A stretch of 64,000 nt of DNA from the NCBI GenBank assembly GCA_012026655.1, contig JAAILG010000069.1, positions 62,001 through 126,000 of the forward strand, in the 5' to 3' direction. How positions within the stretch are numbered: the stretch's first letter is position 1; each line of letters starts with the position of its first letter. Of this stretch, positions 12,593 to 26,934 are shown piece after piece. Made by a program: the position numbers and the translations under genes. Under the pieces are notes generated by a model. It did not search any database, was not told the DNA's origin, and was given only the letters and a program-made list of their open reading frames with translations. The DNA comes from Hydrolagus affinis. Taxonomy: Eukaryota.

Positions 12593-13496
12593 AGAATACT
12601 CTATGAAGAAGGAAACACTCACGACAGGAATAGAGAAGCAGCAGAGACATCATATTAATCATGGATTCGCACTGAAATTTCACATGGTTTTTGATTTGAT
12701 TGAAGTACATGCAATGTTTGCTCAAAAATAAAGCTTCAATGGAACAAAACAAAAGCAAATCAGAGGCAGAAATGTGATCCTATCAGATTGTAGCTTATCC
12801 ATTTGTAATAACAAAAACAAGTTGGCCAGATTCGTTTAAAAGCTATTGTTCAATGAGATAACTGAGACCTATCTATCTCCCTGGCAGCAGTTTCTGGGAC
12901 AACTGCTGTGTACAAGGTCCCAAGCATAGGCGCTAAATCAAATACAAGGATTATTTATATGTTTTGCATGGCCACTAATGTTAATATCTCACTCAGCGTT
13001 CCTTGAAGTCACAGAGCAAGCATTCAGACCATTTCCATATGTGAAACCAAAAATGAGATACAAGCTGGATATCAATTTGACAAGAGCTAGTAAAAAGCAA
13101 TTAATGGTTATTGACTCATTGTGATTCCTGCTGCCTTTCTCCTGGGTGGTGTTGAAATAGGTTAAATACATTTTTTTAATAAAAATAATCTGACTAATAG
13201 TTTCAATATTTCAGATTAATTTAAACCTCCCATATCACATTAATAAAAATAGATCCATTTGCCTTTAGTTGGTTAGAAAATGAAATGACAAGGTCTGACA
13301 AGATTTAGTTTTAAAAAGCCCCTGTCCTCATTTTTTATTTTCTCTCTTATTTAACAGCTCTGCGGGCTATTCCCTAGACAAGAGAATGCACAGCAGCCCC
13401 TGTCTCCTCATGAACCTTTGCCAATGCTATTCATGAGCTCTTTGTTAGGGTAGACTCCCTGACTCATTCAGCAAAGTTGTCTCTCTCCACTTAGAA

Positions 13497-13566
13497 AATA
13501 ATAATCCTTGCAACTGTAAAGTGAGATGACTGTATATTTAGTGGGCAAAACGCAGCAGCCAATTGG
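13497..13566 (-). mobile_element. SINE 3' fragment with internal deletion
   Basis: Tail aataataatccttgca joined directly to actgtaaagtg...gcagccaatt. Confidence 0.8.
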
Positions 13567-14661
13567 TGGTGGATCAAATTTTTTTTTAGTACCTGGCCTT
13601 TAATGAACTCCCATCCCCGGCCAAATCTCAAATACTTTCAGTGACATTAAACATTTTTTTTAAAAAGAAAAAAGATCAAGATGCAGTTTAGATGCGCAAT
13701 TATTCAGGATTAGAGTGTAGGGCAGGTCTAAAATTCTCTACATTTTCTCAATTTGGTTGTTTGTCTCAGTCGGGCAATTGGGGGAGGTGTCACTTCTCAC
13801 TAAGCCTGACAGTGTTGGGGACAGGCATTGAGTAGCAATTAGATGCTTTACCCAGGAGGCAAGATAAGAATCAAAAACCAGTCAAGGAATGCCACTGTCA
13901 TGCTCCTTCCAACACCTGGGAACAGATTCTCAGTTGGGTGCACAGCTAAATTGATGGAACAGGGCCTAAAAGAGGGAAGAAAGTAATTGAAAATGGAAAC
14001 AAAAGAATTAAAACCATTACGAACATCCTCTTTCAGGGTCGTGCTGAATTCTGATTGTCTGGTTCATCCCATTCACTTCTTCTCTTCAAGCACACCAACA
14101 ATTAACTCTCAGAAATACTGAGCGAGGTTAGCCGAGCCACCACAGCTTCCTGATAGGAATGACTTTGACATGAAATGTGTTTGAGTGGTTTTCTAATTCC
14201 CAAACTGTACAATGAAAACAGGAATCCAGAGGTATTTGATGACAGTACTCAGCCACTACAATGCGTCACACAGGTTTATCAGTTGTATCAAGTGCTCTCA
14301 GCTCTACAATGTACATTGGTGCCTTATCGTTAAATAAGGATCATAGGGCCTATTTTGAAAAGAAGGACAGTGACAGCTCCCTAATGGGAGAAAAGGTTAA
14401 CTGCTTCAAACTAAATCTTGTGCTGTGTTGTGAATTCGGAGCTGTTTACCACAGTAAAAACAAGGGGCAGAGAGTTGTAGCACATGTGCAAATGTCAGCA
14501 AGGCTGATACCATTTATCAGAATAACAGATGTACAGTAGTACACACAAGCTTTCAAAGCCATAAGGGGCACCTTCAGGTGACAGTGTACATAAAAAGGAG
14601 CTGTAAATTATACAGTGCAGCTCAGTTTGATGATCTTTAGCATGCAGATGTGAATAATTGT

Positions 14662-14948
14662 GAGTCCTGTAGCTCAATGGTTAGAGCACTCACCTTGCAA
14701 GCATGCGACCTGTGTTCAAATCCAGGCAGGTCTGATAATATTCCCTCCCCAAACAAGCACAATAATAAAAATTGGTCATTTCAATCCACGACTGTTTGTG
14801 GGGGACGCTGCTGTGCGCAATTGGCTGCCGCATTTCGGCCACAAATATACAATTCACTTTGCAGTATATTCTGTGAAGCGCTTTGAAACATCTATAAGAT
14901 GTGAAAAGCGCTATATTAAACGCAAGGATTATTATTATTTATTATTAT
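14662..14948 (+). mobile_element. Near full-length SINE
   Basis: Head, core and tail present; short deletion after the head. Confidence 0.93.
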
Positions 14949-15186
14949 ATAATAACTGAGGAAGCAAAGTGCACAGATCGGCTAATCCAACAAAAAAAAT
15001 GCTGGTATTTAATTGGGGTTGACCAATGTTTTGCTAATATAGTGAGACAGCAATTAAGCCAATTTGGCAGGTGTTGGTTTCCCATCCCTATTGAACTAAT
15101 AAACTCAACCTGTAAAGCCAAACTGCAGCCAACCAGTATTTTGAGGGAGTGATGCAATGTCAGAATTACCAACTTATATATATATA

Positions 15187-15360
15187 TAATAATAATCCTT
15201 GTATTTGATATAGCGCCTCATGTCTTCGGGACAGCTCAAAGCTTCACGGAATATACTGTAAAAGTGAATTGACTGTATATTTTGTGGGATAAACGTGGCA
15301 GCCAATTGTACACAGCGGTGCTCCACAAACAGTCATTGAATGAGTGACCAAATTATTATT
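15187..15360 (-). mobile_element. SINE 3' half
   Basis: Core and tail on the minus strand. Confidence 0.88.
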
Positions 15361-16234
15361 ATAATCTGTGATGTGCTTTGTGATGTTTTGAAGTGATAAG
15401 ATGCAATCAAAATTCTTTCTTACTTCATCCACAAGGCTGAACCGAAACCCCGAGATCTGGCCTCAATGAACAATTCTTTCACAATCCAAGGAATGGGTCA
15501 GTCATTGGTCAAACCTTGAAAATAAATGCTTCTACAAAAACCTTCAGTGCGTTTGTAACATCCTGTGAGGTGGCTACATTTCTAATGACTCCCAACTTCT
15601 GTCAAAGTGTGGCTCTTACGGTTGGAATACAAAATGATTATGCAATAGATCTTCCAAATACTCCAAAAAATCTGCTACCACTTCCTTTGAATTTCAGCCG
15701 TTAAAAAGCTTCGGAAACCACCTGCCCACTGGGTTTTGACTGTTGTAAATGTATACTTCTCAGAAACCCACATCATTAGTTGACATAAATTATGCAAAAA
15801 CTGACATTTTTGACGTTCTCCCTTTTCAAGAAAATAAATTGCACAAGATTTTAGTACACTCTTGGTAGCCTTTTTCTTTGGCACCAATACATTTCACCCC
15901 CAAAAATACATTCAAACGTTTGACTGTCCTCCAGCTCGAGTACATCTGTTATTCTCTCCTCTTTTCCTCAGCTCCCTCGTGTTATGAACCATTTATAGCT
16001 AAGAGAGTGGGCAGAGGAATCCATCCCAGACCTCAATGCTGCATGGAAATGGGTAAAAACAGAGTGACTATTCCTGAGGGAAGAGCCCAGCACCACAATG
16101 GAGAATCAGCTCATACTGTAAAAACATGCTCATCGCTCTGTCTTGTCACTCCACGTCACAGCACGCTGAACTCCAAAATACTATAGTATAATATAGTGGT
16201 CCACTAGCTGTTATTGATACAGAGAAGAGGATGT

Positions 16235-16540
16235 GGAGTTCTGTAGCTCAGTGGTTAGAGCACTCGCCTTACAAACAAGAGACCTGGGTTCAATTCCAGG
16301 CAGGTCAGGATGAAACCTTGGGCAAGTTTCCTTTCTCCACACACACGCCTAATAATAATCCCTCAAAAAAAAGTATAAGACTGTTTGTGGGGACTCTGCT
16401 GTGCGTAATTGGCTGCCTCATATCGCCCACATGTATATATCTAGTCAATTCACTTTGCAGTATATTCTGTGAAGCGCTTTGAGGCTTCTAGAAGAAGTGA
16501 AAAGTGCTATATCAAATGCAAGGATTATTATCATTATTAT
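16235..16540 (+). mobile_element. Full-length SINE
   Basis: ggagttctgtagctcagtggttagagc...tgcaaggattatta. Confidence 0.95.
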
Positions 16541-19107
16541 CATCTTCATCCAGTCCTTATTATAGCTAGGAATGCTTGATGCTGAATGGAAAATGTAGAA
16601 AAAAATACTCATTTTGCAACACCTTATCTTTCTTCAGATTCAGGCTCAGACCCAGGACAGTGACCCCTGCGAAGGGAGCAATATAAATGTAAGTTGTTGT
16701 TCTTCTTCTTCTTCTTCACGTCATTAAGCATAAGGGCCACATTTTTAAAAGACTGGTGAACGGCAATGAATAAATAAAGATACAGGTAACCAGATGTTGG
16801 GAATAGATGGAGACTGTAAAACTGTAGACTTCAAAGCAATTTTTTCTGCCTATCACACGTGCCCACAGACAAGGAGAAGGTGGGCATGCGTTATACAGTA
16901 TACAATAAACTGTACACTTAAGAGTTCTCCAGGTTATAATTGGCGTACATAATACATTCATATCATCCAGTTGAAAATATTATTTTTTAATATGCTTTGA
17001 GAATTTAAAAAATAAGATATCTGCTGATATTGTAATATTGCAATTTATTATCTACCAAGCAATCACTATAAATACTCAGAATTCAGCCTTTTGTTTTATT
17101 TCTAGCAGGGAACACATTAAACTGCATAAACAACAGCTATGACTCTTTATCAATCTCTATAATATAGCCATCAACATTAAAACTGTCAGCGTATAACTAT
17201 CGAGTGTTACAGCAAATACATTATCAAAGTGCTGCTAACTGACATCATGAGTGACTGACTCCAAACGTCCTTGTTGGCCACTGACTGCACAGCAGCTAAA
17301 CATCATCTGATGCTCTATAGGGCATTCGAAGGATTTTAACCATAGAGTCTCTTCCATTTCAATAATTACTTTGAGTGTCATGTTTGAAGTTAGTCCAGCA
17401 CAGTTAGCAATGGTTCCCTGGTTTCACCCAGAGTGTGTTCACTGCGTTTATCTTATTCAGATACAGGTAGATCCCTAGTTTTCTATTAAGTTTCGTAATG
17501 CACATCTTAGTGGATCCAGAAGTCTTTTATATATCATTACATGACCTTGGGTGACTCGTAATTGTAAACATCACAATGATCGTACATTTAATTATTTTCA
17601 GAGTAACACACAGCCACGGTGGCATTCACAATTGCCAAGGTACTCACAGTAATTAATAATGAATCAGTTGGATGACGCCATGACCCAATGTCACTGCTGC
17701 TTTTGTTCAGTAAACCTTTGGTTCAATTGCTTCATTGACATTGTATTTTTTGTTTTAAAAGTAGCAAAGAAAATGGAGCTCTCAAATAGTTCAGGTGCAT
17801 GAAATGACCCATGAAATGCAGACCATTAGGTTACAACTACACCTTAGACTCTTCCCCATGAGATTACAGGCAGTTTTGGTAATCGTTTAAAACCCATCAT
17901 AAATCATTTCACATTCTCCAAACCTTCTTTCACTTCCACACTAATGTCAGCAGGTATCTTTAATTTAAAGTTTGAGTGTTTTCATTTTGTTCACTGCAGT
18001 TTCTGTTTGGAATGGATGAACTAGCAGATAATTTGGACCTGGATAGTCTCAAGACCATCCTCCTCAATTTGTAATCAACAAAGGAAAAATCATAGCCTTC
18101 AGATTAACAAGGATTAGATACATAACTACAATATCCTACTGAGCCATCAGAGATCTGATGTAAATCTCTCCATTGGTTCAACTGCCAGGAATGCAGCCAA
18201 ATGCTTGCCACATACACAACAAGGGCTAAGCCAGTAACTCACCACGAGACGCCAGCAGAATTTTTGCTCATCAACCTTTACTCAGAACTCTGCTGCTTCA
18301 CACTTTGCCATTTTGCCAAACTTTTAATCCAATATTAGGCAGTCACGATTAATTTACATTCTGTGGATATTGTATTTGACAGGCCAGTAGGCGTTACATC
18401 ACTTGAATGTTTTGTCACACGTCTGGCTTTGGCTACTTCCTAAGTGTGTCCCACGGGGGCAGAAAAAAATCAACAAATGTAACTTGAGCACCTAAAGCTT
18501 GTTTGAAGATTGAGTAAAGGAAGCAAAAGGCAGGTTTACGGTATATTGGTGTGCTTTAAGGCAAACTTCTCGTGGGAAGACACACCAAAAACACCTTTAA
18601 ATCTCTAATTATTTTGCCCTTTTCTGGTCAACACGGTTAGGAGCGTAGTCAGTCATCCAAGGATGAGCTCTGCAGTTAGAATAACAATTTCAGCAGCAGA
18701 TTAAAACATAAAGAGTCATGTTTGTTTATTCAGCTTTGGCTGAATTTTCTGTCCTGGAACCCCACAGAGTGCTGGTTCTAAATTTATTCCATCTGTGGGC
18801 TGTTTACAAGACGCATCCTGTTGACACTAGAAGCCTACACTTGAACATCCGGGCTCTGCCTCTCATCCCTACACATCTCAGACGCACTTGACATTAAAGG
18901 GAATGTCTGGCATCCATGGGATTTTGATCTACCCACCACATTTTTTTTATTTCAAGTAGCAATTTGGTAAATTGTCCAACAAAATGAACAGTACTGACCC
19001 ACAGACCATGCGTCTCAGGTATTTCTCAATGCCAGACAAGAACAGTAAAAGGAATCTCAATTAACTATCAAAATAGTGACTTTGTTAACTCTTCCCACTA
19101 CCACTTA

Positions 19108-19285
19108 CAATAAAAGAAGGTCATTTCAATCCACGACTGTTTGTGGGTACGCTGCTGTGCGCAATTGGTTGCTGCATTTGGCCACAAAATACACAGTCAA
19201 TTCACTTTATATTCTGTGAAGTGCTTTGAGATGTCGATAAGACATGAAAAACACTACGTCGAATGCAAGGATTATTATTATTATT
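19108..19285 (+). mobile_element. SINE 3' half
   Basis: ggtcatttcaatccacgactg...ggattattatt. Confidence 0.9.
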
Positions 19286-20507
19286 ACCACAGCTATTATT
19301 CATACTTTAAAATAGTTCTATTGATTCTGAACTACTGAAGTGGGCTGTGTAGAATCAGAGGAGGAGGAACTAAGATCATACAAAAAGAGGTGGGCAGGTT
19401 TTGCACTGGGGCTGAACAATGACAAGTAAAGTTTAATACTGCATATAGGATGTCACAATAGGAGGCACATCCAATTCACAGAATAAATAAATCAGAAAGA
19501 AATAGACAAGAGTTTTTTGCCAAAATGCAGAGCAGAGCAACTAGGTTGATCTGCAGTGTTTAAGGGATAAGCCTATCAGGAGCAACTGGAGAGCCATACA
19601 TTGGTGATCAATTACACAATTAAGGGAATCTGCATGTATTTGAACCTGGGCAGCATAAGGTCTACGAGTGCACATTCGCATTTTAAACTCCATTACTTAC
19701 TTAGCTAGGAAAAGTGTTCAATTCTAGAAAACGCTAAAGATGCCTCAGTTATGCATGAGCAAATTGTTTCAAGTATGCAGCAATTTGAATGGGGATGTTG
19801 GCATAATCTCATAGCGAGTTATGTAATGAAACTAATGAAACAGCAAATGTGAAATCCATTGTCGATATTGATTTGGGGATATTCTGATCACCTCGGCACA
19901 TTTGTTGGTTAGAGCACGGGTAGGAAGTGAGAGTTGTTACAGAGGTGTGTTTTAATTTGCTTTTGTTATTTGAGGGTTTAATTTATTTTTCATTTGCATA
20001 AAAATGTAACGGAATCTCATCTACTTCATATTCAAATTACTACTCGGAAGCTGTGCAGATTTAAAGGTTCATCAATCAGGTGGAGAGAGCAGAGGAGGGC
20101 AGTGGAATCCCATTAACTATGCGAAGACTAGATTGTCTGAAATGTGAACCTGCCAAGCTAAAAGGCTACAGGGCGGTGGGGGGGTGGCGGGTGGGGAAGG
20201 TGGTCCCTTAGTGCGCCTGCAGAGAGCACAGTGTTGCTGAGATTGCAATTAAACAAAAAAATACTCAATGAGATTATCAGTGGCAACATTCTCAACTGGC
20301 GGTAGAATTTAAGTAATTTTAAGTCACAATTTAATAAAATACCAGCTGAAAACTGGCGCATCGAGAGTTACAGCAGAATAGTGCCGAGAGCAACATGAAT
20401 ATGTTGTCTGGTCAGTCTACCAGCTCTGCAATTGTGTCTTTGTTATACAATGGCTCACTAGGTAAACACATTACGGTGTGGAATTAAGGCTAAAATCAGG
20501 CTCATTT

Positions 20508-20831
20508 GGAGCTCCTGTAGCTCAGTGGTTAGAGCACTTGCCTTACAAGCGTGAGATCTGTGTTCGAATCCAGGTAGATCAGGGCGAAACCTTGGGCAAG
20601 TTTCCTTACTCCACACACACACCTAATAATAATCCATCCAAAAAACCCACAATAATAAAATTGGTCTTTTCAATCCATGACTGTTTGTGTGGCCACTGCT
20701 GTGCGCAATTGGCTGCCACGTTTCACCCATAAATATAGTCAATTCACTTTACAGTATATTCTGTGAGGCGCTTTGAGACATTGATAAGATGTGAAAAGCT
20801 CTATATCAAATGCAAGGATTATTATTATTAT
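20508..20831 (+). mobile_element. Full-length SINE
   Basis: A-box tagctcagtgg, B-box gttcgaatcc, core and tail. Confidence 0.95.
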
Positions 20832-20930
20832 CTGTGATGCCTCTTCTAAAGCCCACTTGCTTACAATCACTCACCGTAAATTGCTGTGGGAGAAAGGAAG
20901 GAAAGAGACAGAGATAAAGAGAGGGAGAGC

Positions 20931-20987
20931 AACAACAACTTACATTTGTGTCGTGCCCCTCACACAGGGTAGCGTCCCAGAACGCTT
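20931..20987 (-). mobile_element. L2 LINE 3' end
   Basis: (AAC)n tail plus stem-loop remnant. Confidence 0.65.
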
Positions 20988-22235
20988 GAGAAAAAAACAG
21001 AGAAAAAGAAAGAAGTAAAGACAGAAATGGGTTTAATTAGAGATAAGTTGCAGATCAACCCAAGTGAATTAGCTATATTTGTAAAACTTATTATAGAGAG
21101 CCACTGGGGAACGGAACAAGGAGATGAGGAAGATGTGTGACTTAAAATGATTACTCGGAGACTACAAGTTGCTATCCATGAACTTGTATGTTTATCCCAG
21201 AAGCAGTAGTGTTGGAAACATCACCCACACCATCCTAAAAATAGTGGACAGACTTCCCAGAGAGGGAAAGTGCCTGAGGAAATTTAGTGACTGTTCTGTT
21301 TAAGTGCTATAGGCTGGAATAATTCACTGGTTTGTGTTTCTTTTCTGGAACATCAAAGTGATTCACCAATCTCAGCCTCATCAGCACAATACATTTCCTC
21401 GTGCTTCAGTGATTTGATATCAAACTGTGTTCAAGGTGATCACACAGAGTGCAGGACTGCTGTAAGATGTTAAAGCATGGCCCAAACAAAATGCCTCCCT
21501 TTGATATTTCTGCAGGAGTAAAAAAACAGACCAAGGACTTTCCCCTTCTACAAGTTGGCCTAAAGGCACTCTGACTTAATGAACAAAGCACACAACTCTT
21601 ATCCCCTTCCCCCCACCCACCCCCCACATCTGAAATCTTTTTGTACATAAGGCATGATATAAATCACTTAAAACATAAAGACATACATTTAATGAATTAC
21701 TAGTAAACTCGTGCTTTAAACCATGGAGCAACACCCAAGACAGGTGCTGTTTTACTGCAACTGAGAATGATCAGTATTTTTTAAGCGTAAAAATACTTGA
21801 GCATGTCTCTACCAAGATCCTTAGACACGTCTTAGACCATGGGCAAGGGCAAAGGAGGGAGAGAGGGAGGAAATGTTGGAGTCGCACATTCTGCGGGCTC
21901 CTTTCTCTGCCAGACATACTTCTTTTTCACTGATGCTCTTTCCAGACCGTGTCCCCTCCCCTCCATACTTCTCTTTGAATGTTTTGGAGTCTGCATGGGA
22001 GCAGAATGCTGGAATCACATACTGCACCTCTCCTCTGCCCACTGCTACCCACACTCTCAGTCCATCCCCTACACTCACAAACATTGTTCTCAAGATCAGG
22101 TGGATCTTGCTGACAGCAATCAGTCTGGCTCGAGAGTTATAATTCACAGCTCATCTGTGCAGAGTCGCAGATTAAACCATTCAGACACCCACCAGAGATG
22201 AGACTTTCTGTGTTATAATACTAATAATAATACCG

Positions 22236-22451
22236 TAATAATCCTTGCACTTGATATAGAGCTTTTCACATCTTATCAACGTCTCAAAGCGCTTCACAAA
22301 ATATACTATAAAGTGAATTGACTGTAAATTTGTGAGCGAAACGCGGCAGCCAATTGCGCACAGCGGTGTCCCCACAAACGGTTGTGGATTGAAAATGACC
22401 CATTTTTTTTTACTATTGTGGGTTTTTTTTGGACAGATTATCATTATTATT
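22236..22451 (-). mobile_element. SINE 3' two-thirds
   Basis: Well-preserved core and tail, CpGs retained. Confidence 0.92.
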
Positions 22452-22970
22452 GAGGGTTTGTTGCACACCTCTCCAGAAGTGGACATCCCACCTGCCATGG
22501 AGAACAGCATGACAATCTGGCTGCCAATCAGACAAAAGGCACTATTAAACTTATTTTCCATATAATTCCCTTAATAGTTATTAAGAGTGGGCCGCCCAAC
22601 AGTGACTCCAAATAAAGACAAACAAAATTGCAAGGGAGTTTTTAAATTAGCCAACATAACAAGTTTCTTTTCCATCATTAACACACTGTTGAAATGAAAT
22701 AACCAGGGGTATGCAATAAATTCCATACTGCAGACGCTCTCATTATAAAAGTTGCTGACCTCAGGTGAATTCCAGGCATAGTACACTTAGCATCCCGTGT
22801 GCTTCAAATTTGGCCACAGTCTAGTCAGAAAATACAGCTGCTGCTATATCATGTACACAACCTGCAGTAGGTTGATGGAGTGATCACATGCAAACTTAAA
22901 GCCTAATCATGCACATTGATTATTAGTAGTACTGCACACAAATAAAGTCTCTGTAACCCCCCACCATGAG

Positions 22971-23066
22971 ATAATAATAATAATCCTTGCACTTGATATC
23001 GCACTTTACATGTCTTCTAGATGTCTTAAAGGGCTTCACAGAATGTACTGTAAAGTGAATTGACTG
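22971..23066 (-). mobile_element. SINE 3' fragment
   Basis: ataataatccttgcac...gtgaattgactg. Confidence 0.88.
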
Positions 23067-25821
23067 AGATATTGTGCCTCCTGTGAGAAAGGGTCCTCAA
23101 AGAATGTTAAGTGATTGTATTTTACTTTAACGGAGATTATTATAAGTGTGAATTCTACAGATTTATATTCAACCTAGTGTGGATATTGGGTATAGTGTAC
23201 CACCATAGAAACAAATATCCACACAGTAACTAAAATGGGCCTAATGTGAGAGTACTGCCACTCTCTGTTTTAGCTACACAATCACTCTGAAACCACAATC
23301 CCTCTATCCAACTCTCTTCCCAAAGCACCTCAAACCCATTCAATGTGACAAACACTCAAGCACATAGATCACAGTGTTGACCTCAGTGACCAGCCAGCAA
23401 TTCCTATTTGCTAGTTTCAATTGCATCCGATGTAGTCTCAACATTGCATTAGCCAGCTTCTATTTTTCACGGGTTAATCATATTATGAGATTTTTGCACA
23501 ACAGAAACATATTAAACTACTGTTTCAATGGGTAAAGAGATAATTTATTGCCACCATTGCAAAGGAAATTGACATTTGTGTGTTCTCCTTATGAAATAAA
23601 TGTGTGGATAATTTTTTTTGAAACAACATAATTGATTAAAATTGCATTTGTTTGGTTTAATGGGGATTATTATAAGTGCGGAGAGACCATTAGTATTCCA
23701 TATTTATCTCATGCATCTTCTGCACTGTGTAAATGCTCAAGGAAAAGGTTAGGATTAATTTGTCCAACGGAGTAAGAGTAGAGTGCGACAAAGGTCCATG
23801 AAATGTTATAGAACAGCGAGGGTGTTTTACAGTGTCAATGCAAAGACACAAGTGAAAGAGCCAAGTTCAATTTACAAACAAGCTACACACAGCTGTTAAT
23901 GTCACAGAAATACAGGTGGCCATATGGTAACACAGGGACTGTTTATGTCACTCCTCCTAACATCACCCAATCCCACTGACTCCTTTACCCGAAGACAAGA
24001 CTTTCCATTATTCTGGTGTGTGTATATGGGAAAGAAAGGATTCTATGATCAATGGCATCCATGTCTACTTTTGCCACCGAATGCTTGACTCCTGCTGATT
24101 GATCTATGGATCGACACTGATTGCAGTCCCTATGGGGAAACTCAGTGGCCCCTCTCACTCTCTATTACCTTGCCGACTGCTGAGCTGAGTATCTGTGAAC
24201 TGGATAAGCGAGCGTGAGGGAACACATTTCTTAGTCAATATTATTCTCTCAAATAAATTCAAACCTTATTATAGCTGCATTTTGACTTGTATATTATGGT
24301 AATATATGGAATGTACAATTAGAATATTATATTCATATCATATTGCCATGAAAAAGTCAGCACTACATATCTCTATAATTTTATAATAAATGGGAAGAAA
24401 ATGTTGAACCAAATGTTAATGCAATGTTATATGTAATCTACCCCAGCAATTCCCCATTTAAATTTTTTTATTAATAGTAATTGAAGATATAAATTATGAA
24501 TGAATGCTTTTCTTCTTTTTACTGGAAAAGTAGCCTTGATGGTAATAATTCATTCTAATAATTTTTTTTCCCTAGTAAGGAAAAAAATGTAATCATTAGT
24601 GTGTTATTTTTAACAGCCATACGTTTTATCTTTTTGTTGTGCCACATGTAAGCCTCAGCTCCCTGCTGCATTCAGCTGCTTTCAGTTAGAATTAGAGGCA
24701 GACTAGCTTTCAAAGTCTGCAGGTTTCACCGGGCACCTTTGCACTAACCTGTTTCTTTTTTCAATAATAATGCAACCCATACCAATAACTGGCTCTGCTT
24801 AGTCAATCTCCCGGCAGAATCCTGTCGGGAAGTCTGAAGGAAACCTCGGAGGGTTAAAGGTAATATCGAATGCTACAGGTGACATGAACAGAGAGTGCTA
24901 CACACACCTGATTTGGTTTGTGCCAAACTTTGTGCTCTAACCCTTTAAATGTCATTCAAACTTCCTGTTACATCTTGGAACAGAGCTTCTTCAACCCAAA
25001 AAGGCATTGTCTTATCGGGGAGACACACCGAATAATCCGTATCTTGGTGAATAAACAGGAACATTGTACAATCAGCTCAACAAAGGCTGGATGGCACTTT
25101 AAGAACTGAAATAGTTTGCAATTTTATATCCCAAAACTGCTTATTAGTCTGGTGACGAACATGCTTATCTGTCTGGCAGGCGAGATATGAATTCTTATCT
25201 GCCAAGCATTCAATAAAACAATTTACCCTCTTAGATGGATTCATGAGCCTCACATCACATACAAAACATAGCAATTATACTCTTTGAGGACAAGATATCA
25301 CACATCAGCCAGTGTAATCTGTATGATTCTTTTATGATGGAGGAAGATTGTAAACTAAATCCTCGTGACAAGTTGAAATAAAATCCAAATTACATCAAAA
25401 CAAATTTGTTTGCAATCTTCCACTTAAATCAATGGGAGCATGCTAGTGCGAGAGAAAACTGGATTTTAACAGGTTGCACTATGAAAAGTTACTGCCTCAT
25501 TATTTTATACCAGTTTTGTCGATTGCTAAAGGTCCTCACTCTGCCCTTAGAAGCTAAAGGGCAAAGCTGTCTGGTTCTAAACTCGTATAAAAACACAATC
25601 TTGTTACTTCTTACTTTGAAACATTCTACTCATTCTTTTCACCTGAACAAACCATTCTGAAGACTGACCGATTTACGTCTATGTTACATTTTTAGAAAAT
25701 AAAAGGGCTAAGGAAACCCGATGGCAAGGCGTTGCAGACTGGTAGTGTGTGGGTTCCTCAACAACCTGATTAAGAATGGCACTGGAAAAGGCCTGAGAAT
25801 GTATCTTATTTATTTGTACGA

Positions 25822-25880
25822 TGCCTTGGGACACTCTCCTGACATGAAAGACGCGATACAAATGTAATTTGTTGTTGTTG
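25822..25880 (+). mobile_element. L2 LINE 3' end (type A)
   Basis: gccttgggacactctcctgacatgaaagacgcgatacaaatgtaattt(gtt)n. Confidence 0.75.
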
Positions 25881-26439
25881 TATATCCTTTGCCCTCGTGT
25901 CCCATTCTGTGAATCGAGCAACATTAAGTTTAGCCCTACACCACCCCTCCCTCCCCACCACCAACCACAAGAGATAACAGTTTGTGAAAAGTGGTTGACT
26001 CTAATTAAATTCTGAAATGCATTGTTCGTCAATAGTGCTTCCTCTGAGTCGATTATTGTTTTAATGTAATGTCTCAAAGTGGCTCTGTTTATTGAACAAA
26101 CACAGTAGATGGTTTTTAATACGAGAATGCCTGTGGTGAGTAAAATGTTCCTTTTATCTCATTGGTTTTGTTAATGGAACGGCATTTCTTAATTGGTCTG
26201 GTTGGGTGGGAGAATCAGTTACACTGCAGTTCGACCATCACCACAATCTACAAATTTAAGTAGAATTTGTCATTCTTTTCTATTTACATTAATTTTAATT
26301 TCATGGGGTTTCTGACCTAGTCAAACAGATAAGCCATTAGTTCTTGTTACTGGTGATCTCAAACTCATTTTACATAGCAGCACGCAAATTCTGAAAGGAT
26401 AATTGGCCAGTCCTTTTTTTCCAAATCCCAGCTCTCCTC

Positions 26440-26545
26440 ATCTCCCAAATCCCTCACCATCAGAAATATTCAATTTCCTCTTGAATCTGCCCGCACTGTC
26501 GACTTCCATTGCTTCCATGAACAAACTGTCCCACATGTTAAAGTC
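26440..26545 (-). mobile_element. Old CR1 3' fragment
   Basis: caatttcctcttgaa...cttccattgc...tgtcccaca resembles the reverse complement of the CR1 ORF2 end. Confidence 0.4.
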
Positions 26546-26627
26546 GTTAAGCTGTCTCTCCGCCCCTTTTGAAATTGAGATTTTGACAATAATAATCATA
26601 ATCCTTGCATTTGATATAGAGCCTTAT

Positions 26628-26934
26628 GGAGTCCTGTAGTTCAGTGGTTAGAGCAAACGTCTTGCAAGCAAAAGACCTGGGTTCAATTCCAAGCAGTGAG
26701 AAACCTTGGGCAAGTTTATTTACTCCACACTCCCAATAATAATCCCTCCAAAAAAACAATAATAATTTGGTCACTCAATCCACGAGTGTTTGTGGGACGC
26801 TGCTGTGCACAATTGGCTGCCGCGTTTTTCCCAGAAATATACAGTCAATTCACTTACGGTATATCCTGTGAAGCGCTTTGAGACGTCTGGAAGACGTGAA
26901 AATCACTATATCAAATGCAAAGATTGTTATTATT
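26628..26934 (+). mobile_element. Full-length SINE nested in an older minus-strand SINE tail (26588-26626 and 26939-26981)
   Basis: Complete head-core-tail; flanks are consecutive parts of a minus-strand tail. Confidence 0.93.

Noticed and set aside
20508-20580. tRNA gene at SINE heads
   Set aside because: A and B boxes are present but there is no complete acceptor stem, and the sequence always continues into the SINE body.
21821-22201. Cluster of three overlapping ORFs
   Set aside because: Locally higher GC explains the lack of stops; no recognisable protein or flanking splice pair.
9576-24858. 14-mer cctcggagggttaa near 9576 and 24845 (piggyBac-like end)
   Set aside because: No matching opposite TIR, and some 14-mer repeats are expected by chance in 64 kb.
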